A DNA stretch of 64,000 nt from Balanoglossus misakiensis (GCA_040954595.2 CM082598.2:7145097-7209096), one strand, 5' to 3'; numbered from the stretch's first letter, positions 51,101-63,797 are shown. Translations and numbers: made by a program. The notes: generated by a model not told the origin, from the letters alone.

Positions 51101-54100
51101 TTTTTTTCACAAATTGACGAAATTTTGAGATTTTGCTAAGTCTAAAAAAATGTCATTTTTTGATGATTTTAAACCCATGATTTTTTTCAATAATTGGCGA
51201 AATTTTTTGAGATTTTGCAAAGTTGAAACATTTTCATTTTTTGATGATTTTCATGATCTATAACCAATGATTTTTTTCAAATATTGACGAAATTTTGAGA
51301 TTTTGCAAAGTTCTAAAATTGTCATTTTTGTCAGGACTTTCAACCCGTGATTTTTTTCAACAATTGACGAAATTTTGAGATTTTGCAAAGTTCTAAAATT
51401 GTCATTTTTTCATAACTTTCAACCAATGATTTTTTTCAGATATTGACGAAATTTTGAGATTTTGCAAAGTTGAAAAATTGTCATTTTTTGATGATTTTCA
51501 TGATCCATAAGCCATGTTTTTTTTCAAAAATTGACGAAATTTTGAGATTTTTCAAAGTTGAAAAATTGTCATTTTTTGATGATTTTTTTTTATTATTGAC
51601 GAAACTTTTTGAGATTTTGCAAAATTGAAAAATTGTCATTTTTTGATGATTTTCATGATCTATAACCAATGATTTCTTTTTCAAATATTGACGAAATTTT
51701 GAGATTTTGCAAAGTTCTAAAATTGTCATTTTTTCATGACTTTCAACCCATGATTTTTTTCCAAAATTTACGAAATTTTGAGATTTTGAAAAGTTGAAAA
51801 ATTGTCATTTTTTGATGATTTTCAACCCATGATTATTTTCAATAATTGACGAAATTTTGAGATTTTGCAATATCTAAAAAATTGTCATTTTTTGATGATT
51901 TTCATGATCCATAAGCCATGTTTTTTTGTCAAAAATTGACGAAACTTTGAGATTTTGCAAAGTTGAAAAATTTTCATATTTTGATGATTTTTAACCCATG
52001 ATTTTTTTCAATAATTGACGAAATTTTTTGAGATTTTGCAAAGTTAAAAAATTGTCCTTTTTTGATGATTTTCATGATCTATAACCTATGTTTTTTTTTT
52101 AACAATTAACGAAATTTCGAGATTTTGCAAAGTTGAAAAATTGTCATTTTTTGATGATTTTTAACCCATGATTTTTTTCAAAAATTGACGAATTTTTGAG
52201 ATTTTGCAAAGTTCTAAAATTGTCATTTTTTTATGACTCTCAACCCATGATTTTTTTCCAAAATTTACGACATTTTGAGATTTTGCAAAGTCGATAAATT
52301 GTCATTTTTTGATGATTTTTAACCCATGATTTTTTTCAAAAATTGACGAAATTTTGAGATTTTGCAAAGTTGAAAAATTGTCAGTTTTTGAGGATTTTCA
52401 ACCCATGATTTTTTTCAATAATTGACGAAATTTTTTGAGATTTTGCAAAGTTGAAAAATTGTCATTTTTTGATGATTTTCATGATCTATAACCAATGATT
52501 TTTTTTCAAATATTGACGAAATTTTGAGATTTTGCAAAGTTCTAAAATTGTCATTTTTTCATGACTCTCAACCCATGATTTTTTTCCAAAATTTACGACA
52601 TTTTGAGATTTTGCAAAGTCGATAAATTGTCAGTTTTTGAGGATTTTCAACCCATGATTTTTTCCAACAATTGACGAAATTTTTTGAGATTTTGCAAAGT
52701 TGAAAAATTGTCATTTTTTGATGATTTTCATGATCTATAACCAATGATTTTTTTCAAATATTGACGAAATTTTGAGATTTTGCAAAGTTCTAAAATTGTC
52801 ATTTTTTCATGACTTTCAACCCATGATTTTTTTCAAAAATTGACGAAATTTTGAGATTTTGCAAAGTTGAAAAATTGTCATTTTTTGATGATTTTCATGA
52901 TCTATAACCAATGATTTTTTTCAAATATTGACGAAATTTTGAGATTTTGCAAAGTTCTAAAATTGTCATTTTTTCATGACTTTCAACCCATGATTTTTTT
53001 CAAAAATTGACGAAATTTTGAGATTTTGCAAAGTTGAAAAATTGTCATTTTTTGATGATTTTTAACCCATGATTTTTTTCAAAAATTGACGAAATTTTGA
53101 GATTTTTCAAAGTTGAAAAATTGTCATTTTTTGATGATTTTCAACCCATGATTTTTTTTTATTATTGACGAAACTTTTTGAGATTTTGCAAAGTTGAAAA
53201 ATTGTCATTTTTTGATGATTTTCATGATCTATAACCCATGTTTTTTTCTTCAGAAATCGACGAAATTTTAAGATTTTGCAAAGTTGAAAAATTGTCATTT
53301 TTTGATGATTTTCAACCCATGATTTTTTTCAATAATTGACGAAATTTTTTGAGATTTTGCAAAGTTGAAAAATTGTCATTTTTTGATGATTTTCATGATC
53401 TATAACCAATGATTTTTTTCAAATATTGACATAATTTTGAGATTTTGCAAAGTTCTAAAATTGTCATTTTTTCATGACTTTCAACCCATGATTTTTTTCA
53501 AAAATTGACGAAATTTTGAGATTTTGCAAAGTTCAAAAATTGTCATTTTTTGATGATTTTCAACCCATGATTTTTTTCAAATATTGACGAAATTTTGAGA
53601 TTTTTCAAAGTTGAAAAATTGTCATTTTTTGATGATTTTCAACCTATGATTTTTTTCAATAATTGACGAAACTTTTTGAGATTTTGCAAAGTTGAAAAAT
53701 TGTCATTTTTTGATGATTTTCATGATCTATAACCCATGTTTTTTTCTTCAGAAATCGACGAAATTTTGAGATTTTGCAAAGTTGAAAAATTGTCATTTTT
53801 TGATGATTTTCAACCCATGATTTTTTTCAATAATTGACGAAATTTTTTGAGATTTTGCAAAGTTGAAAAATTGTCATTTTTTGATGATTTTCATCATTTT
53901 TTTCAAATATTGACATAATTTTGAGATTTTGCAAAGTTCTAAAATTGTCATTTTTTCATGACTTTCAACCCATGATTTTTTTCAAAAATTGACGAAATTT
54001 TGAGATTTTGCAAAGTTGAAAAATTGTCATTTTTTGATGATTTTCAACCCATGATTTTTTTCAAATATTGACGAAATTTTGAGATTTTGCAAAGTTGAAA

Positions 54101-57100
54101 AATTGTCATTTTTTGATGATTTTCAACACATGATTTTTTTCAAAAATGGACGAAATTTTGAGATTTTGACAAGTCTAAAAAATTGTCATTTTTTGATGAT
54201 TTTTAACCCATGATTTTTTTCAATAATTGACAAAATTTTTTGAGATGTTGCACAGTTGAAACATTTTCATTTTTTGATGATTTTCATGATCTATAACCAA
54301 TGATTTTTTTCAAATATTGACGAAATTTTGAGATTTCGCAAAGTTGAAAAATTGTCATTTTTTGATGGTTTTCATAAGATATAACCCATGATTATTTTTT
54401 TCAAAAATCGACGATTCGCAATGATTTCGCAAATTCGAAAATGTTTCATTTTTTATGATTTTCATGAGCTATATATAACCCATGATTTTTTTGAATAATT
54501 GACGAATTTTATTTAGATTTTGCTAAGTTGAAAAATTGTCATTTTTTAATGATTTTCATGATCTCTAACCAATGATTTTTTTTAAATATTGACGAAATTT
54601 TGAGATTTGCAAAGTTCTAAAATTGTCATTTTTTCATGACTTTCAACCCATGATTTTTTTCAAAAATTGACGAAATTTTGAGATTTTGCTAAGTCTAATA
54701 AATTGTCATTTTTTGATGATTTTTAACCCATGATTTTTTTCAAAAATTGACGAAATTTTTTGAGATTTTGCAAAGTTGAAAAATTGTCATTTTTTGATGA
54801 TTTTCAACCCATGATTTCTTTCAATAATTGACGAAATTTTTTGAGATTTTGCAAAGTTGAAAAATTGTCATTTTTTGATGATTTTCATGATCTATACCCA
54901 ATGATTTTTTTTCAAATATTGACGAAATTTTGAGATTTTGCAAAGTTCTAATATTGTCATTTTTTCATGACTCTCAACCCATGATTTTTTTCCAAAATTT
55001 ACGACATTTTGAGATTTTGCAAAGTCGATAAATTGTCAGTTTTTGAGGATTTTCAACCCATGATTTTTTCCAATAATTGACGAAATTTTTTGAGATTTTG
55101 CAAAGTTGAAAAATTGTCATTTTTTGATGATTTTCATGATCTATAACCAATGATTTTTTTCAAATATTGACGAAATTTTGAGATTTTGCAAGTTCTAAAA
55201 TTGTCATTTTTTCATGACTTTCAACCCGTGATTTTTTTCCAAAATTTACGAAATTTTGAGATTTTGCAAAGTTGAAAAATTGTCATTTTTTGATGATTTT
55301 CAACCCATGATTTTTTTCAATAATTGACGAAATTTTGAGATTTTGCAATATCTAAAAAATTGTCATTTTTTGATGATTTTCATGATCCATAAGCCATGTT
55401 TTTTTTTCAAAAATTGACGAAACTATGAGATTTTGCAAAGTTGAAAAATTTTCATATTTTGATGATTTTTAACCCATGATTTTTTTCAATAATTGACGAA
55501 ATTTTTAGAGATTTTGCAAAGTAGAAAAATTTTCATTTTTTGATGATTTTCATGATCTATAACCAATGATTTTTTTCAAATATTGACGAAATTTTGAGAT
55601 TTTGCAAAGTTCTAAAATTGTAATTTTTTCATGACTTTCAACCCATGATTTTTTTCAATAATTGACGAAATTTTGAGATTTTGCAATATCTAAAAAATTG
55701 TCCTTTTTTGATGATTTTCATGATCTATAACCTATGTTTTTTTTTAACAATTAACGAAATTTCGAGATTTTGCAAAGTTGAAAAATTGTCATTTTTTGAT
55801 GATTTTTAACCCATGATTTTTTTCAAAAATTGACGAAATTTTTTGAGATTTTGCAAACTTCTAAAATTGTAATTTTTTATGACTCTCAACCCATGATTTT
55901 TTTCCAAAATTTACGACATTTTGAGATTTTGCAAAGTCGATAAATTGTCATTTTTTGATGATTTTTAACCCATGATTTTTTTCAAAAATTGACGACATTT
56001 TGAGATTTTGCAAAGTTGAAAAATTGTCAGTTTTTGAGGATTTTCAACCCATGATTTTTTTCAATAATTGACGAAATTTTTTGAGATTTTGCAAAGTTGA
56101 AAAATTGTCATTTTTTGATGATTTTCATGATCTATAACCAATGATTTTTTTTCAAATATTGACGAAATTTTGAGATTTTGCAAAGTTCTAAAATTGTCAT
56201 TTTTTCATGACTCTCAACCCATGATTTTTTTCCAAAATTTACGACATTTTGAGATTTTGCAAAGTCGATAAATTGTCAGTTTTTGAGGATTTTCAACCCA
56301 TGATTTTTTCCAATAATTGACGAAATTTTTTGAGATTTTTCAAAGTTGAAAAATTGTCATTTTTTGATGATTTTCAACCCATGATTTTTTTCAAAAATTG
56401 ACGAAATTTTGAGATTTTTCAAAGTTGAAAAATTGTCATTTTTTGATGATTTTCAACCCATGATTTTTTTTTATTATTGACGAAACTTTTTGAGATTTTG
56501 CAAAGTTGAAAAATTGTCATTTTTTGATGATTTTCATGATCTATAACCCATGTTTTTTTCTTCAGAAATCGACGAAATTTTAAGATTTTGCAAAGTTGAA
56601 AAATTGTCATTTTTTGATGATTTTCAACCCATGATTTTTTTCAATAATTGACGAAATTTTTTGAGATTTTGCAAAGTTGAAAAATTGTCATTTTTTGATG
56701 ATTTTCATGATCTATAACCAATGATTTTTTTCAAATATTGACATAATTTTGAGATTTTGCAAAGTTCTAAAATTGTCATTTTTTCATGACTTTCAACCCA
56801 TGATTTTTTTCAAAAATTGACGAAATTTTGAGATTTTGCAAAGTTCAAAAATTGTCATTTTTTGATGATTTTCAACCCATGATTTTTTTCAAATATTGAC
56901 GAAATTTTGAGATTTTTCAAAGTTGAAAAATTGTCATTTTTTGATGATTTTCAACCTATGATTTTTTTCAATAATTGACGAAACTTTTTGAGATTTTGCA
57001 AAGTTGAAAAATTGTCATTTTTTGATGATTTTCATGATCTATAACCCATGTTTTTTTCTTCAGAAATCGACGAAATTTTGAGATTTTGCAAAGTTGAAAA

Positions 57101-59430
57101 ATTGTCATTTTTTGATGATTTTCAACCCATGATTTTTTTCAATAATTGACGAAATTTTTTGAGATTTTGCAAAGTTGAAAAATTGTCATTTTTTGATGAT
57201 TTTCATCATTTTTTTCAAATATTGACATAATTTTGAGATTTTGCAAAGTTCTAAAATTGTCATTTTTTCATGACTTTCAACCCATGATTTTTTTCAAAAA
57301 TTGACGAAATTTTGAGATTTTGCAAAGTTGAAAAATTGTCATTTTTTGATGATTTTCAACCCATGATTTTTTTCAAATATTGACGAAATTTTGAGATTTT
57401 GCAAAGTTGAAAAATTGTCATTTTTTGATGATTTTCAACACATGATTTTTTTCAAAAATGGACGAAATTTTGAGATTTTGACAAGTCTAAAAAATTGTCA
57501 TTTTTTGATGATTTTTAACCCATGATTTTTTTCAATAATTGACAAAATTTTTTGAGATGTTGCAAAGTTGAAACATTTTCATTTTTTGATGATTTTCATG
57601 ATCTATAACCAATGATTTTTTTCAAATATTGACGAAATTTTGAGATTTCGCAAAGTTGAAAAATTGTCATTTTTTGATGGTTTTCATAAGATATAACCCA
57701 TGATTATTTTTTTCTAAAATCGACGATTCGCAATGATTTCGCAAATTCGAAAATGTTTCATTTTTTATGATTTTCATGAGCTATATATAACCCATGATTT
57801 TTTTGAATAATTGACGAATTTTTTTTAGATTTTGCTAAGTTGAAAAATTGTCATTTTTTAATGATTTTCATGATCTCTAACCAATGATTTTTTTTAAATA
57901 TTGACGAAATTTTGAGATTTGCAAAGTTCTAAAATTGTCATTTTTTCATGACTTTCAACCCATGATTTTTTTCAAAAATTGACGAAATTTTGAGATTTTG
58001 CTAAGTCTAATAAATTGTCATTTTTTGATGATTTTTAACCCATGATTTTTTTCAATAATTGACGAAATTTTTTGAGATTTTGCAAAGTTGAAACATTTTC
58101 ATTTTTTGATGATTTTCATGATCTATAACCAATGATTTTTTTCAAATATTGACGAAATTTTGAGATTTTGCAAAGTTCTAAAATTGTCATTTTTTCATAA
58201 CTTTCAACCAATGATTTTTTTCAAATATTGACGAAATTTTGAGATTTTGCAAAGTTGAAAAATTGTTGATGATTTTCAACACATGATTTTTTTCAAAAAT
58301 GGACGAAATTTTGTGATTTTGCAAAGTTGAAAAATTATCATTTATTGATGACTTTCAACCTATGATTTTTTTCAAATATTGACGAAATTTCGAGATTTTG
58401 CAAAGTTGAAAAATTGTCATTTTTTGATGATTTTCATGTGATATAACCATGATTTGTTTCAAAAATTTACGAAATTTTGAGATTTCGCAAAGTTGAAAAA
58501 TTGTCATTTCTTGATGGTTTTCATAAGCTATAACCCATGATTATTTTTTTCAAAAATCGACGATTCGCAATGATTTCGCAAATTCGAAAATGTTTCATTT
58601 TTATGATTTTCATGAGCTATATATAACCCAATGATATTTTTCAAAAATCGAAGAAATTTTGATATTTAGCATAGTTGAAAAACTGTCATTTTGTGATGAT
58701 TTGCATTACGTATAATCATGATTTTTTTTCAAATATTGACGAAATTTTGAGATTTTGCAAAGTAAAAAATTTCTCATTTTAGGATGATTTTCATGAGCTA
58801 TATACAACCCATGATTTTTTTCAACAATCGACTAATATTTGAGATTTCGCAAAGTCGACAAATCGTCATTTTTTGATGATTTTCAAGAGCTATAAACCCA
58901 TGATTTCTTTCAAAAATCGACGCATTTTTGAGATTTCGCAAAGTCGAAAAATTGCAATTTTTTGATGATTTTCATGACCCATGTTTTTTTCTGAAAATTG
59001 ACGAAATTTTGAGATTTTGCATATTCGAAAAAATTGTAATTTTTTGATGATTTTGATGATCTATAACCCATGATTTTTTTTCAAAAATGGACGAATATTT
59101 GAGATTTCAAAGTAGAATAATTGTCATTTTTGGATGATTTTCAACCCATGAATTTTTGTCAAAAATTTACGAAATTATGAGATTTTGCAAAGTTGAAAAA
59201 TTGTCATTTTTTTGATGATTTTCATGAGATATAACCATGATTTTTTTTCAAAAATGGACGAATATTTGAGATTTCGCAAAGTTGAATAATTGTCATTTTT
59301 TGATGATTTTCAACCCATGAATTTTTGTCAAAAATTTAAGAAATTTTGAGATTTTGCAAAGTTGAAAAATTGTCATTTTTTGATGATTTTCATGAGCTAT
59401 ACTATAACCCATGATTTTTATCAAAAATCG
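24143..59430 (+). repeat. 79/88-bp AT-rich satellite array, block 2, with higher-order duplications
   Basis: Continuous ~35 kb of same-orientation monomers; identical artefactual ORFs recur at fixed offsets. Confidence 0.98.
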
Positions 59431-60494
59431 CGTCATCCATTGCCTATTGGTACTACTCCTGATAGAAAGCCGGTCCCTTCTGCCTCACTGGATCACGACG
59501 TCGCTGATCTATAAGTCGCTTTTTCTCAGCTACAAACCAGTTTCTCCGATCTACTAGGTGAAATTCGCACTCTAAAACCGAAGGCGCCAAATGATGCTAA
59601 TGTGTCAAATTTTGATACAATTTTCCCGCCAGCGGCCCCAGTTGACCAGCGCATACCCAACGACGTAGCACAAGTACGCGACCTGATTAAGGCAGACGCG
59701 TCTCTTCAGCAGGAACTACAAGCAACTCAGCGACAGTTCATCCCATCGGCCTTACAAGGACACCAACAACAACAACAACCCCGTGGTAAGTCAAAACGCT
59801 ATCAAACAAGAAAGGATAATGCTACTGTTCCCGTCGACTGGCCCCACATGGCAGCTCAACCCAGACCCATCGAATCTGGAAAAGAAATGACATACAACTC
59901 CATGACCATCAACGAATTCGTCGAAGGCTTCACCTCCATTCTTCTGTCCGAGAATGTCAACGGCACCGAGAAATCACAACGCCTGCGTCACCTGAACTAT
60001 CTCATGAAGTACGCCGCCGTTTACCCGTGGGACGCAGTCCTAAAATACCATGGCGCATACCTACAAGATATATAGAAAGCGGTCGCCGGATTTGGGGTGA
60101 AGAACCAAGCGACCTGAAGGTAGTTTTCCTCTTCCCCAGAGCAGCCGAAAAGACAAAACGGAAGACAAGATCTCCCACTACCAGTACCGACCAACCCCAA
60201 TACTGCTGGGCCTTTAACAATGATGACTCTTGTCAGGACGGCAACAAATGTAAATTTAGTCATGTTTGTAGCGCCTGTCTAAAATTCCGCAACAAATCAG
60301 CTGATCACAGCAAGGCCAAACGCCCTTTCAACGACCCGGGTACCGCGCCGAGAAGGCCAACCAGAACAAGAGACATGACAATCACGCTAAACCTCAGGTT
60401 AGTGTCAGTTCAGTCACACTGTGTAATACGATGGTTCAAACAGCACAAAATAATGTATCCACAAGAGATATTTCTACTCAAACCACCACTGTAA
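59431..60494 (+). pseudogene. gag-like ORF with Cys/His zinc finger, disrupted
   Basis: Frame runs from the satellite junction, with TAA at 59512-59514. An extra TA in GATATATAG (~60068-60075) breaks YLQDI|ESGRRIWGE. Zinc finger YCWAFNNDDSCQDGNKCKFSHVCSAC...H. Confidence 0.8.
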
Positions 60495-60536
60495 CTGATT
60501 TTAACTGCGAAATGCCCTACCACAATCTTTGTAACA

Positions 60537-62507
60537 ATGATAGTACCCAATAACTGTTATGAGTCAGATGATGGCTATTTATCCAGTGATGGACACCCTG
60601 CAACTACAGAAATTACTGTTACTGAAATTGCAGTTAACCAATGTACTTTTTGTAATGCCAATGACTGCACATGTTCCCTGTCTTTTCCCTCTCCTTCACA
60701 TGATGCCAGAGAAAGTGCTGCTCATGACTGCACACCCGTTAGCTTACAACAATATTCTCTGAATCCCCATGCTCAGGCATTCACACCAAAATCCCTGTCA
60801 TCAGCACCACCACATACAGACATCAACGATTTGCAACTTCTCATCACGGCACACGATGATGTTCTCGATAGTGGTCTTCATAACTACCAAGGTATCAAGA
60901 CACCAATCAATACTAACCTTAAAATCCCTATTTGGCGTGCCAAACTCAAAAATTACCCCGACGCAGCCATTTGTGATTTCTTAGAATTCGCCTGGCCCAT
61001 TGGTTATACAAAATCACTGTTACCACATTCCACACATACCAATCACAAGTCCACCATTCAGCATGCACTCGCAGTACAAACTTTCATCAACAAGGAAACC
61101 AGCCTCGGTGCAACCCTTGGCCCATTCACTGAATCCCCCTTCAATACCAGACCATTATGTTTATCGCCACTCCAAACTGTGGAAAAGAAAGGTTCGAATG
61201 GTAAACGTAGAGTTGTTTTCGACTTGAGCTTTCCTCACGGTTTTCCTGTAAATGATGGCATTCCCAAAGATACCTATTTGGATGCCCCCTTCTCGCTCTC
61301 TTATCCTGGAATTGATTCATTCACTGCAATCATCAAATCAAAAGGCAGCGGATGCTTAATGTTCAAACGTGACCTTCATCGTGCTTACCGTCAGATACCA
61401 GTTGACACCGGCGACTACCACTTGCTTGGTTTCAAATGGGATAACAAATTATACTGCGATACTGTATTACCGTTTGGTCTCCGATCTGCCTCCGTTGCCT
61501 GTCAGAGGACGACTAATGCGGTGTCCTTTATTTTTCACCAAGATGGTTACGACTGTGTCAATTACATAGATGACTTTGGTGGAGCAGATACTAGCAACAA
61601 AGCTTCTGAGGCTTTCACTCACCTTGGAACAATCTTGTCCGAGCTCGGCTTAGATGAATCGAAAGAAAAAGCCTGTGCTCCTGCAACAGATATGGTTTTT
61701 CTTGGCAGGCTCTTCAACACAGTTGACATGACTATCAGCGTACCACAAGGCAAGATATCTGAAGTATTGCCCATCCTGGACACTTGGATGGAGAGACACC
61801 GTGCCAAGAAACGTGACCTGCAATCTCTTATAGGGAAACTTGCCTTTCTCGCAGCGTGCGTCCGCCCCTGCAGGGTTTTTATCGCCAGACTACTTAGCAT
61901 CTTACGCAAACTTCAACGCAATCACCATCACTTTCACGTTAACAAAGAACTGAAGAAAGACGTTGATTGGTGGACATATTACTTACCGCTGTACAATGGT
62001 GTGTCATACATACCAGAAGAAGACTGGTCTACACCTGATCAGATCCTGACAACAGACGCCTGCCTACAAGGTGCAGGAGGCACATGCGGGAAAGGGTATT
62101 TCCACGCCTCATTTCCTGAGGCCATTACCGATCAGAATTTACACATTTCAGCACTAGAATTACTTGGTGTAGTCCTTGCCTGTAAATTATGGGCTGCACA
62201 TCTCAAACATAAACGCATCCTGATCCAGTGTGATAACGAACCTACAGTCCATGGGATAAATTCCGGATCCTGCCGTGACCCCACAATGTTAACCTACCTG
62301 CGAGAATTGTGGTTTATCGCAGCAACACATTCATTCGAATTGAAATCTGTGCATATACCTGGTATTGACAACCGCACGGCCGACCTCTTGAGCCGTTGGT
62401 CCCTTTCCCCGTCCTATCAACGACAATTTCATACATTGACAACTACTGCAGATATGATCGACTGTCCCATCACAGATGACATGTACAACTTAACCCACTC
62501 ATGGTAA
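60537..62507 (+). CDS. Reverse transcriptase-RNase H (656 aa, open)
   Basis: RRVVFDLS, KRDLHRAYRQIP, LPFGLRSA, catalytic YIDD, FLG; RNase H TDAC, ISALELLGV, CDN, NRTADLLSR. Confidence 0.95.
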   Translation: MIVPNNCYESDDGYLSSDGHPATTEITVTEIAVNQCTFCNANDCTCSLSFPSPSHDARESAAHDCTPVSLQQYSLNPHAQAFTPKSLSSAPPHTDINDLQLLITAHDDVLDSGLHNYQGIKTPINTNLKIPIWRAKLKNYPDAAICDFLEFAWPIGYTKSLLPHSTHTNHKSTIQHALAVQTFINKETSLGATLGPFTESPFNTRPLCLSPLQTVEKKGSNGKRRVVFDLSFPHGFPVNDGIPKDTYLDAPFSLSYPGIDSFTAIIKSKGSGCLMFKRDLHRAYRQIPVDTGDYHLLGFKWDNKLYCDTVLPFGLRSASVACQRTTNAVSFIFHQDGYDCVNYIDDFGGADTSNKASEAFTHLGTILSELGLDESKEKACAPATDMVFLGRLFNTVDMTISVPQGKISEVLPILDTWMERHRAKKRDLQSLIGKLAFLAACVRPCRVFIARLLSILRKLQRNHHHFHVNKELKKDVDWWTYYLPLYNGVSYIPEEDWSTPDQILTTDACLQGAGGTCGKGYFHASFPEAITDQNLHISALELLGVVLACKLWAAHLKHKRILIQCDNEPTVHGINSGSCRDPTMLTYLRELWFIAATHSFELKSVHIPGIDNRTADLLSRWSLSPSYQRQFHTLTTTADMIDCPITDDMYNLTHSW

Positions 62508-63537
62508 TTTCCTCTCACTCTGTTTCAGGAGGAATAAAAAGTCACCCCCTATGTGAAGCCCTTAAGTCCAGGGTTAGTCAACAAGTAGCCTCCGCTTATG
62601 CACCAGGTACACTACGCAACCTGCAATCTCACTGGAAAACATATTTTTCCTTCTGTGTTGTCCTGAAGCTGACACCAGTGCCGGCCTCACATGAGACTAT
62701 TAACTGTTTTGTTGAGTTCCTTTCATCGACGATACACAACGTTGGTACGCTTAAAAGCTACCTTAACAGTTTAGCCACCCTTCACGAGCTGCATAATTTC
62801 CCTCGGGCAGCGGTTCACAGTTTTACTACCAATTTACTGCTTCGCAGTATTGGCCGCAGTCACCCCCATTTACCAAAGCAAAAGCTCGCCATCACACCAG
62901 TCATTCTGCTGGCCATCTACAGGTTACTCAATTTGCACAACTCTTTCCACGTCACACTCTGGGCAGCCTTCCTCACTGCCTTTCACTTGTTTTTAAGAAA
63001 ATCAAATCTTGTCCCTCCCAGTGTGGCAGCCTTCGATCCCAGCATTCACCTGGCACGCCAAAATTTCCACTTCACAACTACGGGTGTTGTTGTTGGCATT
63101 ACATGGTCCAAAACTATTCAGCAACATGAACGTGTACTTACTATACCCATAGCTAGTTTACCAGATTCACCGTTGTTTCTTGTTTCCGCCTTGAGACATA
63201 TGTGCAGTTTCCTCCCAGCGACTCCCACTTCGCCTGCCTTCCTAGTGCCCAGCACAAGGGGTCTTGTCACCTTGACCCACAGCACTTTCACTTCTAACTT
63301 GCACCAGCTTCTCCAACAAGCAGGGTTTAACCCCTCCCATTATTCAGGTCACAGTTTCAGGCGAGGGGAGCATCCTGTGCCTTTTCTGCACATGTGCCCG
63401 GTGAGCTGATCCAGATACACGGTGACTGGAAATCACAAGCCTACCTTTTGTACTTACAAATACCTTTTTCCAAACGTCTCGAAGTTTCCACACGTATTAA
63501 CCTTTTTCTCAGACAATTTTCAAATAGTGCACTTTAA
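62501..63537 (+). CDS. Tyrosine recombinase with a 1-bp frameshift after HSFRRG
   Basis: FLRKSN (catalytic R), WSKT (K), GHSFRRG (HxxR). Adding one G to the GGGG run at 63365-63368 continues GASCAFSAHVPGELIQIHGDWKSQAYLLYL (W and catalytic Y) to TAA at 63535-63537. Confidence 0.9.
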
Positions 63538-63681
63538 ATGTACCCGTATTATACTGCCTACAAGTGCTTTGAGCATTGTAAAAAAATATTGTTGACCTAA
63601 CTGTCCATGCCGATGGAATGTACTCGTATTATGCTGCCTACAAGCACTTTGAGCATTGTACAATTTTATTGTTGACCTAAC
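63537..63681 (+). repeat. Imperfect direct repeat, 80-bp period, two copies
   Basis: AATGTAC(C/T)CGTATTAT(A/G)CTGCCTACAAG...TATTGTTGACCTAAC at 63537 and 63617. Confidence 0.9.
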
Positions 63682-63699
63682 TTTTCATACAAGTGGGCG

Positions 63700-63797
63700 G
63701 ACAGGATTGGCGGCCACTTCGTTCTTGTCCTTTGTTTGGACTGCAGGTCCCATTGCCGATTTAACGGGCACCTTTGCCTTTAGCCGCCAATCCTGTC
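63700..63797. other. Predicted multibranch stem-loop in the retroelement 3' region
   Basis: Perfect 15-bp inverted repeat GACAGGATTGGCGGC / GCCGCCAATCCTGTC enclosing inner helices GTCC/GGAC and AGGT...TGCCG/CGGGC...ACCT. Confidence 0.65.

Noticed and set aside
11902-59400. Dozens of F/K/I-rich ORFs in the satellite
   Set aside because: Translations of the 79/88-bp monomer; frames break at homopolymer length changes; no domain.
60002-61909. Short alternate-frame and antisense ORFs within the retroelement
   Set aside because: Shadows of the gag and RT coding sequence with no motifs of their own (except 60027..60494, which is the frameshifted gag end).
62501-63537. Phage integrase or bacterial contamination
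   Set aside because: The recombinase is adjacent to a DIRS-type RT-RNase H and gag, the standard layout of eukaryotic tyrosine-recombinase retrotransposons.
63715-63782. Twister or hammerhead ribozyme call based on GGTCCCA and the GTCC/GGAC stem
   Set aside because: Remaining conserved core nucleotides not found on either strand; kept only as an unassigned structure.
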